This document shows, in pieces, positions 1 to 8,935 of a DNA stretch of 64,000 bases. The DNA comes from an uncultured virus (IMG/VR IMGVR_UViG_3300025138_000017). Its lineage: Duplodnaviria > Heunggongvirae > Uroviricota > Caudoviricetes. Both the position numbers and the translations under genes were made by a program. A model generated the notes under the pieces. That model was not told the DNA's origin, did no database searches, and saw only the letters and a program-made list of their open reading frames with translations. Numbering within the stretch: the stretch's first letter is position 1; the number at the start of each line of letters is the position of its first letter. The DNA lies in IMG/VR virus record IMGVR_UViG_3300025138_000017, one strand, 5' to 3'.

Positions 1-1335
1 AGCTTCGTCTCTTTGAGCTGTAGATTGATTTCCAATTTCTTGGAGTTGTTCGTTTGAGTCACTATCGGTCTCCCAGTCATTTCGAATTTCTGTGATGAAA
101 CTTTCGAAACTGAGATTTGTATAGGATTCGTCTTTTGATTTTCTTGCTGCACGTAACCTCACTAGCTCTGCTTGTTTAACTTTTGGTAATAACCTTCTAG
201 CAAGTTTGGTGATAAAAGGCATTTTAGTTTGCATTCTCTTATCTATAGCCATCTTTTGTGATGGAGACAGGTTAACATAATTTGCACCTTGCTTACCTGC
301 AATTCTTTTTCTAATGAATTGTCTTGCTTGTCTTCTTGCTCTTCTTGTCAACATATCTAATGTTGCCATACGTTTCTTTTTAATCTTTCTAGCACGCATG
401 ATTCTGAATTTGAGTCTTCTCATCTTTAATGCAGCTTTTCTTCGTTGCATTAAAGTCATTACTCTTTCATTAATCATATCTTCTTTTTCAACGTCAACAC
501 TTACAATTTCTAATAGTTGTTCATCAGTAAGACAATTAATCTCTTCTTCTAACATATCCCAATCACTATCAATAAACTCTTCCGTAGCCTCTTTGATATG
601 ACCTGAAATTTGTCTTGCATGTTTATGCAAGGCCTTAGGTAAGCCTGCTTTGAATGATTTGTGATCGCCTGCTTTGGCGTGGTCTCTCATTTTTGTGCCT
701 GAGATACCTTCAGTACCATGTGAGTCTGGATCTCTATGTCCAGCAGAATGTACTGTAATTGATTTGAAGTTATAATGATCTGGATGTCCATTATATTTCT
801 TTAATGTTGTTTCGTATTCTTTCGTTCTATCAGATCCAGCAACCATATGTAGATGACTGTGTCCATCTGCATGAGCTTTTTTTGCGTGATGTAGAAACGA
901 TGGTGATTCTTTACTTGATCCAACTACCTTTGCACTCTTATTAATCTTTGAAAGATAATGCATTTTTTTATCTTGTGGTAGTGGATTCTTTTTGCCATCA
1001 TGGCTATGAGATGCAACCACATGAGCTTGAGCCCCTTTGCTTTTTGCTATCTCGTGTGTCTTGTTAATTAACTTTTCATGACCTGTAGTTGGAGGATTCA
1101 TTCTTCCAAATGTAAATACATGATGAGTTTCTTTAGCTTCATTAACACCTTGTCTCATCTTAGGACCTATATCCACGATGTCTTTAAGGTTTTTTGAAGG
1201 TTTTTTTAAATCAAGTTTCTTACCTTTCTTTCCAGCTTTTAATGGAGCTGGAGGGGTAACGACCATAGTTTGGCCTTGATTAGATCCAGGCTTGATACCT
1301 GTTGTTGTATAGTTTTCGTTTTTCGATGTAGGCAT
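1..1335 (-). CDS. Cytidylyltransferase/NMNAT-like nucleotidyltransferase with an Arg/Lys-rich C-terminal domain (3' end runs off the window)
   Basis: Not in the ORF track; translated by hand from ATG at 1335: MPTSKNENY...HVFTFGRMNPPTTGHEKLINK...VAGSDR...ISGTKMR. These are HxGH-type nucleotidyltransferase motifs typical of T4-like marine phage 'cytidyltransferases'. The frame stays open to position 1. Confidence 0.8.
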   Translation of the reverse strand, partial: MPTSKNENYTTTGIKPGSNQGQTMVVTPPAPLKAGKKGKKLDLKKPSKNLKDIVDIGPKMRQGVNEAKETHHVFTFGRMNPPTTGHEKLINKTHEIAKSKGAQAHVVASHSHDGKKNPLPQDKKMHYLSKINKSAKVVGSSKESPSFLHHAKKAHADGHSHLHMVAGSDRTKEYETTLKKYNGHPDHYNFKSITVHSAGHRDPDSHGTEGISGTKMRDHAKAGDHKSFKAGLPKALHKHARQISGHIKEATEEFIDSDWDMLEEEINCLTDEQLLEIVSVDVEKEDMINERVMTLMQRRKAALKMRRLKFRIMRARKIKKKRMATLDMLTRRARRQARQFIRKRIAGKQGANYVNLSPSQKMAIDKRMQTKMPFITKLARRLLPKVKQAELVRLRAARKSKDESYTNLSFESFITEIRNDWETDSDSNEQLQEIGNQSTAQRDEA

Positions 1336-1419
1336 AAAGGTTTCCCGTAGGCTAACTTATTGTTAATTTAATTACTTACCAACACTTTCGTGGCTCTATA
1401 GGTATGTAATTGCCGCTAT

Positions 1420-1427
1420 TATTTATA
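1420..1427 (-). promoter_or_regulatory. T4-type late promoter TATAAATA
   Basis: Exact gp55 consensus in the intergenic region upstream of the nucleotidyltransferase gene. Confidence 0.7.
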
Positions 1428-1434
1428 ATAACTT

Positions 1435-2649
1435 TTATCTTCTGAAGTCTGATTGCCAGCCTTTAATTACGTCATCACTAAAGTTTGCGTAACTAAATTC
1501 CAGTCTATCAACTAACTTCACAGAATTCTTACTTATTTTGTCTGTAGCAACAAATCCTTCTTGACCTGTTACTTTCCATCCGTCTGCAGTTTTTAAGAAT
1601 GTCTTAATAAAACCTGCACTACTTAATTTTTTAATTATTAGTTTTTTTGCTTTTTGTAAACTATAATATAAATGGAACACTGACACTAATTCGTTTTTAG
1701 GTACAGACATAATTGGACTAATTGCTTCTTTCATTAGTTCTTGTTGTTTTGCTTTACCAGCTGCTGTCTTTCTTTTATCAATTTCTTTTTTAAACTTGGC
1801 CATAATAAACTCTGGAAGGCCTGCTGCAGCTTCCTCAGCTGTTGGAGTGACATTGTTTCTAATAAAGGCATTAGTGTATGTTGTACAAAATGCTGCAATA
1901 TATGGATCATTTAACTTTGTAAATGTATCTCTGCTAATATATCTAAAATGTGTACCTATGTTTGTTAATTCTTTATCTATTTGATTAGTCTCTGCTTTGG
2001 TCAACGATGCTGTTCCAGACATATCAGGCAAGTCAGCATCTATCTGCCATACTCCATTAGGAGCTTTTGGAAGTTTTACTCCAGCTGTTGCTGATAGATC
2101 GTTGATTGTTTTTCCACTATAGGATGTATGAAATACAATACCCATTTTCATAGTTTTAATCTTCTTTGCTAAATCACTATCGGCTGGAATAGAATATGCA
2201 ATTGTGTTAGGATGAAACGTAAGATACTCTATACCATCAACTCTGGTAGATTTTAAATCGCTTTCATCAAACAAAAAGTCACCTTGAAGTATTTTATCAA
2301 ACTTTACATCTTTATACATGTTAAATGCTAATAAGAACTTTTTCTTAAGTCCGTCACTTAAATCACTAGTCTCTTTTATTCCATCTTCTGATGTATAGTA
2401 TAGAGCATTTTTGTTGAATAAACTTTTCTTAGCTACAAAAAACTTCTTAGTAACTGGATGAGGTCCTACCCATATAGCTGGTGCACCGTCCCATTTGACA
2501 CTCGTTTGTAATGCTCTTTGAGATTGTCCTTGAAGTAAATCTCTGAACGATCTAATAAAATGTACAGCTTCCCTAGTACCTTCAATGTGACCAAGGAAGA
2601 TATTATCTTCCATGTGATTTAAGTGAGTATTTTTAGTCGCTTTTTCCAT
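1435..2649 (-). CDS. Conserved T4-like phage protein (DUF6267-like), probable ATP-dependent ligase/nucleotidyltransferase fold
   Basis: 404 aa; KNTHLNHMED N-terminus; SVKWDGAP (ligase motif I KxDG), LQGDFLF (motif III-like), QEGFVA (motif IV), VKLVDR (motif V). Confidence 0.6.
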   Translation of the reverse strand: MEKATKNTHLNHMEDNIFLGHIEGTREAVHFIRSFRDLLQGQSQRALQTSVKWDGAPAIWVGPHPVTKKFFVAKKSLFNKNALYYTSEDGIKETSDLSDGLKKKFLLAFNMYKDVKFDKILQGDFLFDESDLKSTRVDGIEYLTFHPNTIAYSIPADSDLAKKIKTMKMGIVFHTSYSGKTINDLSATAGVKLPKAPNGVWQIDADLPDMSGTASLTKAETNQIDKELTNIGTHFRYISRDTFTKLNDPYIAAFCTTYTNAFIRNNVTPTAEEAAAGLPEFIMAKFKKEIDKRKTAAGKAKQQELMKEAISPIMSVPKNELVSVFHLYYSLQKAKKLIIKKLSSAGFIKTFLKTADGWKVTGQEGFVATDKISKNSVKLVDRLEFSYANFSDDVIKGWQSDFRR

Positions 2650-3593
2650 TATACTGGTAATACTGTTTTAAATTTTAGTTTAAATATTCCACCTGCTAAT
2701 GCTACATCTTTAGCTATAACAGCTGGGTCCGTTGTTACTTTGTCCAAATTGACTTGGTATATTTGTATGCCTGCAGACTCATTATATTTTCCTTCTGAAC
2801 CAACCATATTAATATAGAATTGATCTTTACCTGGCTTGACACTCAATGTTTGTATCACAGAATATGCAAACAATCTAGAAGCAATATGTTCTCCTCCAGG
2901 TCTTGCTCCAGGACCAAAAGCACAATCAGACAATCCTCTTTCTTTAACCATTTTATCAAAATGATCAAACTGTGCTTCCATCTTTGCAAACAATTCGTAT
3001 TTCTTTGCAAATCCTTCCTTCTTAACAAGAGTTCTTAGTTCACAAAATGCTTCTGCAGCTGGTTCAAGATCACCACTTTTAAGTCTCAACACATCTTTTG
3101 CATCAACTCCTGGTTCACCTATTAATGCTTGTACACCAAGTATAGGTGCAATTAAGTTTCTAAAGTCTCTTAATGACTTCTCAAATCTACCTAAACTATC
3201 TAATGAATTCTTTGCTAATGGATATGCTTTAATCTCAAAAGCAGTAGACTTTCCAGATGTCTTGTGTTGTGTTGCAATTAAGTCAGGATTATTACTTCCT
3301 TGATTTTCTTTGATAAACTGTGCCTTAATAGTACCATCATCCTTTCTATTAGCACTATGATAATTAAATAACCAATAAAAAGCTGCCTCACCATAACCTG
3401 TAATTTGATCTGGGATACCGCCATAAGCTATTTTAAAACTTTCTAAATCAGCTCTGTCAGGTTTAAAGATACCGTGCTTTATCTCAGAAATATTATACTT
3501 TCTGCTGGTGCTTGGTATGATAAGATGATCTCCTAACGATCTTCCATCACCAAATGCTTTTTCTATTGTTTGTTCTAATTTGTTTGAAACCAT
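2649..3593 (-). CDS. Hypothetical protein, possible PD-(D/E)XK nuclease
   Basis: 314 aa; GYGE...NPDLIA...AFEIKAY arrangement; preceded by TATAAATA at 3599-3606. Confidence 0.4.
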   Translation of the reverse strand: MVSNKLEQTIEKAFGDGRSLGDHLIIPSTSRKYNISEIKHGIFKPDRADLESFKIAYGGIPDQITGYGEAAFYWLFNYHSANRKDDGTIKAQFIKENQGSNNPDLIATQHKTSGKSTAFEIKAYPLAKNSLDSLGRFEKSLRDFRNLIAPILGVQALIGEPGVDAKDVLRLKSGDLEPAAEAFCELRTLVKKEGFAKKYELFAKMEAQFDHFDKMVKERGLSDCAFGPGARPGGEHIASRLFAYSVIQTLSVKPGKDQFYINMVGSEGKYNESAGIQIYQVNLDKVTTDPAVIAKDVALAGGIFKLKFKTVLPV

Positions 3594-3597
3594 ATAC

Positions 3598-4113
3598 TTA
3601 TTTATAGAAGATGTGGTTATCTATAGTGACTGTTCTCTTCAAGTGGTCTGCCCAGTAAGGATGGACAGTATCGTTATGATAATGACTTGAAGAATCTGTA
3701 AAGTCATAAACCACATCTTCCATTAATAGCCTGGCTATAATCAAACATTGCTCAAAAGTTTTACTATCTTCTGGAAAGTCTGATTTGCCATCACAAAACC
3801 AACTGAATTGACATTTGTTTCTGATAGGTAATACATTACCTTTCCAGTTTATCATTGTCGGTCCTTGTTCTACTACTTCGCATACTGTGTCTGGATATTG
3901 TTTCATATCAACTCTATTAAGAGTGACTAGACCAACTGCAAGCCTTCCAGCTTCTGGTTGGTTACCAGCTTCAAAGTATATGTTCTTAGCTAAGCAAAAT
4001 ACATCTCCATTAATATCAAATGCTTTTACAGGATGTGCAAATGATAAAACTAACATCATTATTAATGTAAACCACAAAGGTAAAAAGTTTTTATCAAAGT
4101 TGCTTAGTTTCAT
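3598..4113 (-). CDS. SleB/Hydrolase_2-family cell wall hydrolase with N-terminal hydrophobic segment
   Basis: CLAKNIYFEAGNQ, VTLNRV, YPDTVCEVV, CQFSW and IDNHIFY motifs. Confidence 0.9.
   Translation of the reverse strand: MKLSNFDKNFLPLWFTLIMMLVLSFAHPVKAFDINGDVFCLAKNIYFEAGNQPEAGRLAVGLVTLNRVDMKQYPDTVCEVVEQGPTMINWKGNVLPIRNKCQFSWFCDGKSDFPEDSKTFEQCLIIARLLMEDVVYDFTDSSSHYHNDTVHPYWADHLKRTVTIDNHIFYK
3599..3606 (-). promoter_or_regulatory. T4-type late promoter TATAAATA
   Basis: Exact consensus overlapping the stop of the cell-wall hydrolase gene, just upstream of the 314-aa ORF. Confidence 0.55.
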
Positions 4114-4117
4114 ATTA

Positions 4118-4330
4118 TTATCCTATCACCTTATCAGTGTCTCGTAACATAATATCTGATGCTAATTTATCAGCTTTAGCAAGGCTGGTAAGGTTGGATA
4201 TAGCTTGTAAGAAACTTGTAGTCTTATCTTTATGTGTAAAGTCCATAACCATCTCTACTAGTATTGTTTTCTTTTCCCCAATACTCTTAGCTGCCCATAC
4301 CTCTTGTGCGAGGATCTCAAAGTTTTTCAT
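4118..4330 (-). CDS. Small hypothetical protein
   Basis: 70-aa ORF in a tightly packed co-oriented run. Confidence 0.6.
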   Translation of the reverse strand: MKNFEILAQEVWAAKSIGEKKTILVEMVMDFTHKDKTTSFLQAISNLTSLAKADKLASDIMLRDTDKVIG

Positions 4331-4332
4331 AA

Positions 4333-4566
4333 TTATAGTCCTAAAATTCTAGCTACGTTTTCTGGATCCAAAGGTTTCTTCTCATCTTCTATCCAGTCTG
4401 CAATCATATCCATATAATGAGCTGCATCGTTTTCGCCTCTTTCCATTAACAAGAAGTATGCATTCTTAAAAAACTTTACTTGTTGCTGATGTGATTTATA
4501 TTGTTGACGATCTGCTTGTTCAAAAGTCATATCGTTTTTAGTATTACGGTGGGTTGCAAATGCCAT
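4333..4566 (-). CDS. Small hypothetical protein
   Basis: 77-aa ORF; its start overlaps the upstream stop (TAATG). Confidence 0.65.
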   Translation of the reverse strand: MAFATHRNTKNDMTFEQADRQQYKSHQQQVKFFKNAYFLLMERGENDAAHYMDMIADWIEDEKKPLDPENVARILGL

Positions 4567-4754
4567 TATCGTACTCCTCTTGAGTTCTTATCTAACATTC
4601 TTGGAATAGAGGCCTCCATAGCGGCTGCTTCTATTACATTGATTAATTTTCCAGCCATTCCTTTACGCTGGGCCTCATCTCCGATCTTAACTAGATCGAC
4701 AGAGTCGAGCCTACATATTTGCTCGACTATTTCTTCTGGGGTTAGTTTTTTCAT
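4566..4754 (-). CDS. Small hypothetical protein
   Basis: 62 aa with AGGAG Shine-Dalgarno upstream. Confidence 0.65.
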   Translation of the reverse strand: MKKLTPEEIVEQICRLDSVDLVKIGDEAQRKGMAGKLINVIEAAAMEASIPRMLDKNSRGVR

Positions 4755-4762
4755 ATTGCTCC

Positions 4763-5080
4763 TTAAAAGTTGAAACTTGCTTGTGGTGTGTAGTAACCAG
4801 CAGCTTTACCATAAAAGCCCATTGACTCTAATTTAGTAACTAAATCATCAAAGTTAAACTCACCTTTCTCTGCTTTACTAGGATATATTCCTACAGTCAT
4901 TGGATCATCAATATCAAACTGACATCCTTCCAATACTGGGTTAGATTTAATGTACTCAGCAACAACTTGCTTGCCTTGTTCAAATGTTAACTCACTTTTT
5001 GTTCTAACTTCAAAGTCAGATATTGTCATGCCAGACTCTACTAATGTTGGTTCTGGTTGGTTTCCTAATATTCTTATCAT
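4763..5080 (-). CDS. Hypothetical (probable early) protein
   Basis: 105 aa with AAGGAG SD, directly downstream of a consensus sigma70 promoter. Confidence 0.7.
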   Translation of the reverse strand: MIRILGNQPEPTLVESGMTISDFEVRTKSELTFEQGKQVVAEYIKSNPVLEGCQFDIDDPMTVGIYPSKAEKGEFNFDDLVTKLESMGFYGKAAGYYTPQASFNF

Positions 5081-5115
5081 AATTTATACTCCTTACTTTA
5101 TCAAATTATACATCC

Positions 5116-5144
5116 ATTATACCAAATATACCATTAAAAGTCAA
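5116..5144 (-). promoter_or_regulatory. sigma70-type early promoter
   Basis: TTGACT-17 nt-TATAAT on the minus strand. Confidence 0.8.
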
Positions 5145-5162
5145 CAGGTTAAGTGAAATTAA

Positions 5163-5208
5163 CTCAGAAAAAGTGAACCCGCAACTCGTGAGAATTGCGG
5201 GCTCTGAG
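5163..5208 (-). terminator. Intrinsic terminator-like hairpin (possibly a small RNA)
   Basis: GAGCCCGCAA...TTGCGGGTTC stem followed by ACTTTTT on the minus strand. Confidence 0.6.
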
Positions 5209-5228
5209 TAGAGATATTTATACTATGC

Positions 5229-6818
5229 CTACTCGGTTATCAATACGCCATTAATCACAATACCATCTAACGATGGCAACATCATATAAGCATCTTCAAT
5301 GCTGGACACTATGGGGTATCCATTATCATTAAAAGATGTATTCAGTAACGGCGTACCAATTTCTGTCAACAGTTTATATACCGTTGAATCTTTATCATCA
5401 CAAATTTGAACTCTAGCAGTACCGTCAACGTGACATGCAGCACTAAAGCTCCTCTCAAACTTAATCTTAGCTTTTATTGCATATGACATGCTTTCTAAGT
5501 TATTCTTATTACTTCTTTCAAAGTATTCATCAAACATATCTTCTAAGATCACGGGTGCAAATGGTCTGTATTCTTCTCTATGTTTAATTTTATTAATATC
5601 ATCCTTGATACCTCTTATGCTTGGATCACATATAATTGATCTATGACCCAAAGCTCTTGGTCCTAATTCAGCATTCCCTTCCACTATACCAAGTATCTTT
5701 CCTTCTTGTAGCATTTTAGCTATAGTCTTTATAGGTGTTTTTCTTTTCTTTCTAAATTTTTTATTTTCTATTAAAGGTATTCCACTAAACTTATAATCTT
5801 GCTGAGGTATTTCAACACCTATTAAATGTAGATACCAAAATAATCCACCTAACGACAATCCACCATCTGTAGGATTAGGTGGCACATAAACATTGAATCC
5901 TGCATCTTGGATAAATTGATTGTTTATAATATTGAGAGCACATCCACCTGTAAGTATAATATTATCATCTAGTTTGCCAATATTATATTGTCTATCATTT
6001 ATTACATTATAGTATTTTTCTTGGAACACACTTTGATTTGCTGCAGCAACCCTATAACCTAACCTTTCACTTTTAAATGTAGCAGGCTTTGTCTTGCCTT
6101 TTGACATGGATAAATTAGATTGCCACCACTCAATTGCTTTTTCATCCTCGTCCATCATCCCAGTGTGTTTACTAAATTCTATAGTGTGTCTACGATTTGT
6201 AAATTCTGAGTAAAGTTTCCTGACTATACCTAACAATTTTTCGTCTGTTGGTAATTCTAAAGTAGAAGCAAGCGACATTGCTTTACCTGGTACATCATAT
6301 ATCCAAGTTGTCTTTTTACCTATTTGTGGTATTGTAGATGCAATTAATGAATAAATTGTACCAAAATCAAATCTATCAATTTGTTCATTTGGTTGTGGGC
6401 CTGTTTTTTTAGTACAATAATACATATTAAAATACCCATCATTGCCACCTCCATCAGAAGATATTAAAAATGCATTGTCCATTCCAGATTGCCAATATGC
6501 ACTGTGAGCGTGACATAGATGATGACCTGGACCCCATATTGATCTTTTATAGTTTATAATACCATCAAACTTATCATGTGCTAATGTACCGTTTCTTCTT
6601 CCACTATAGGATCCATTGATCCATATATCAAAATCGTTTTCAACATTAGCTACCTTCATAGCTAAATCCAATAACTCACTGCTTTCTACTATAGACATAG
6701 AGTCCATGCTAAAATACTTTTGTCCAACTAGCTTATCTAATTCAACAACAGTAATTTTTCCATCAACATAAAATGTTATACTAGATTCGTGTCCTGCATA
6801 TGTACTAATTATTTTCAT
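5229..6818 (-). CDS. Carbamoyltransferase (CmcH/NodU/TobZ family)
   Basis: GHE, HHLCHA, DGGG, GGCALN, ELGPRALGHRS, REEYRPFAP, HVDGTARVQ and LNTSFN motifs. Confidence 0.92.
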   Translation of the reverse strand: MKIISTYAGHESSITFYVDGKITVVELDKLVGQKYFSMDSMSIVESSELLDLAMKVANVENDFDIWINGSYSGRRNGTLAHDKFDGIINYKRSIWGPGHHLCHAHSAYWQSGMDNAFLISSDGGGNDGYFNMYYCTKKTGPQPNEQIDRFDFGTIYSLIASTIPQIGKKTTWIYDVPGKAMSLASTLELPTDEKLLGIVRKLYSEFTNRRHTIEFSKHTGMMDEDEKAIEWWQSNLSMSKGKTKPATFKSERLGYRVAAANQSVFQEKYYNVINDRQYNIGKLDDNIILTGGCALNIINNQFIQDAGFNVYVPPNPTDGGLSLGGLFWYLHLIGVEIPQQDYKFSGIPLIENKKFRKKRKTPIKTIAKMLQEGKILGIVEGNAELGPRALGHRSIICDPSIRGIKDDINKIKHREEYRPFAPVILEDMFDEYFERSNKNNLESMSYAIKAKIKFERSFSAACHVDGTARVQICDDKDSTVYKLLTEIGTPLLNTSFNDNGYPIVSSIEDAYMMLPSLDGIVINGVLITE

Positions 6819-8176
6819 TTAAAATCATCAAATAGACTTTTCATGTCTTTTCCTGTATTTGCTTGTGCTCCAAACAATGGAGTATCATCGACTAATTCTT
6901 TCTGCGCAGATTGCTCTACATCAAACAATCTCATTTTACTTTTATCTACACCTACTACAAATCTCCTATGGAAACCTGGATCAGCGTATCTGTTCTTTAA
7001 TTGTTTGACCATGTATTGGTTGAGGGCTTCGAGTTCTTCTGTTTGCGAGATTGCCAACATGAAATCAGCCGTTGCCGGTAGACCGAAACTCTCCGACGTA
7101 TCCTCCAGACCAATATCAGAAGACGAGAACCCAGTTCTGTTTGTTTGTGTTGCACTGATGATTGGGACGTTGAATTCCACAGCCAGTCCTCGTAGTTCTT
7201 CTGCAATCGCTTTGACAATGGCATACGATCCTGCATTTGCTCCTCCTCTTACTCTAAACGATGCACATATATTAAGATAGTCAATATATATTACATCTGC
7301 TTTAAAGTTCTTTTTAATTCTTAATTCTTGTAAGAGGTGTCTAAAATGGTTAGAGTTAGCACTTGCAGTAGGATATTCTTTAATAACCAATTTACCTGTA
7401 CATCTCTTCTTAAGTCTATCCATTTTCTTATCATAACCAGACTTTGGTATGATATTAAGTTCTTCCATACTTACATCCAATAGGTTAGCGTCTATTCTTT
7501 CTGCTATCCTTTCCTCGGCCATTTCCATTGTAATGTATAAGACATTTTTGCCTTCTACAATATTGGCTGCAGCCATATGACACATAAACAATGACTTACC
7601 TACACCGGTACCAGCCATAATAATATTAAGTGTCTTATTGGGTATTCCACCCTTAGTGATTTTGTTAAGTAAATCTATGTCCCAAGGAACACGAGATTCA
7701 ACTTGATGATAGAAGTCGTATCTAGTATCTGCATCTTCTATAAAGTCATGACCTACACTATTATCAAAACTTACTTGTAGTGCTTCTTGCAGCATTCCAG
7801 GTAATGCACCTTTTGATTCTGGATCCTTTTCTATAATATCAATGCCACCCATAATGGCGTTGTAAATAGCTTTGTCCTGACAAAATGCCTCAGTTTGGTC
7901 TACTAACCAATCATCAGCTTCACTTGTAGCGAAAGAAGATACAATATCTTCTGCAGACTTAATTGTCTTCTCATCAAACCCGCCTACTTGATTTATTTCA
8001 ATATCTAATGCTGCCTTAGTTGGCAATGCATTATACTTTTCAAAATATTCTGAAACTATTTTAAATATTAATGCTTGATCAGGATTAACAAAGTATTCTG
8101 ATTTTAAGAAAGGCATGACTTGACGAGTATAACTCTCGTCATTAATCAATCCTTGTAATATTTGGTTCTCAATCAT
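6815..8176 (-). CDS. gp41: Replicative DNA helicase (T4 gp41-like)
   Basis: Walker A AGTGVGKS, YITMEMAEE, IDYLNI, SATQTNR, SESFGLPATAD, KQLKNRY. Confidence 0.97.
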   Translation of the reverse strand: MIENQILQGLINDESYTRQVMPFLKSEYFVNPDQALIFKIVSEYFEKYNALPTKAALDIEINQVGGFDEKTIKSAEDIVSSFATSEADDWLVDQTEAFCQDKAIYNAIMGGIDIIEKDPESKGALPGMLQEALQVSFDNSVGHDFIEDADTRYDFYHQVESRVPWDIDLLNKITKGGIPNKTLNIIMAGTGVGKSLFMCHMAAANIVEGKNVLYITMEMAEERIAERIDANLLDVSMEELNIIPKSGYDKKMDRLKKRCTGKLVIKEYPTASANSNHFRHLLQELRIKKNFKADVIYIDYLNICASFRVRGGANAGSYAIVKAIAEELRGLAVEFNVPIISATQTNRTGFSSSDIGLEDTSESFGLPATADFMLAISQTEELEALNQYMVKQLKNRYADPGFHRRFVVGVDKSKMRLFDVEQSAQKELVDDTPLFGAQANTGKDMKSLFDDFK

Positions 8177-8780
8177 TGATACCTCCCATATGATATCTAC
8201 CGTAGTCCAGATTAAATGATATTGCTATTCTATCTACATCCATTTCTACTTTTTGTGGATTAACTCTATGCCATACCCACGATGGCCACAATATCATATC
8301 CCCAGCATTCGGTTTATATGTAAAGACAGCCTTGTCTGCTGACATTGTATCATGCATTGTCTGAGCTCTCCACGGTGCTTCTAAAACAATAGGATTAGAT
8401 TTACTTCCTGTTTGAGGATAATATGTTCCGGCAATTAATGTGTTTGGATGGTTATGTGATCCGTGATGATCGCCCTTCCTGTATATGCTAGCCCAATAGT
8501 CTAAATAACATCCTTTTGTTTTTAGATCAAACTTTCTTCTACCTGTTCTCTCAACATATTCATCTGCAGCTTCTTTGACAACTTTTTCAAATTTCTCTCT
8601 ACCAGGTAAACCTTGTTTCCAATCTTCATTTATTTTTGGATTATGATACGAGGTATATGAATTCCATTTCTTCTGATGCTCAATAGTATAATCAGCAATT
8701 GCCTGATGGTCGAGATCTAAAACAAATCTTAAAAAGTCAACACTGAATAAACCTTGATGCTTAACATCTAGTATACTCAT
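8169..8780 (-). CDS. Putative 2OG-Fe(II) oxygenase
   Basis: HxH...AGTYY...GDMILWPSWVWHRV...RIAISFN double-stranded beta-helix signature. Confidence 0.8.
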   Translation of the reverse strand: MSILDVKHQGLFSVDFLRFVLDLDHQAIADYTIEHQKKWNSYTSYHNPKINEDWKQGLPGREKFEKVVKEAADEYVERTGRRKFDLKTKGCYLDYWASIYRKGDHHGSHNHPNTLIAGTYYPQTGSKSNPIVLEAPWRAQTMHDTMSADKAVFTYKPNAGDMILWPSWVWHRVNPQKVEMDVDRIAISFNLDYGRYHMGGIND

Positions 8781-8935
8781 ACCAACTCTTCTACTATCCC
8801 TAATATCTCAGCTATGATTAATGCTAGTCCAGCCATAAAGAATGAACCTAAAAGAAGATACCAGCCTGCTCCTATTCTAAGAAAGCTCTTCAGTAATGAT
8901 ATCCTCAGATGCCATTTCGGATCCGGTTGTTCCAT
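8777..8935 (-). CDS. Small hydrophobic membrane protein (52 aa) overlapping the uvsX 3' end
   Basis: Translated by hand: MEQPDPKWHLRISLLKSFLRIGAGWYLLLGSFFMAGLALIIAEILGIVEELV. It fills the gap, and its stop overlaps the next ATG (ATGA). Confidence 0.65.
   Translation of the reverse strand: MEQPDPKWHLRISLLKSFLRIGAGWYLLLGSFFMAGLALIIAEILGIVEELV

Noticed and set aside
314..601. Plus-strand 95-aa hydrophobic ORF, and similar antisense ORFs such as 6789-7280, 28395-28835 and 39104-39658
   Set aside because: Each lies antisense to a well-supported minus-strand gene.
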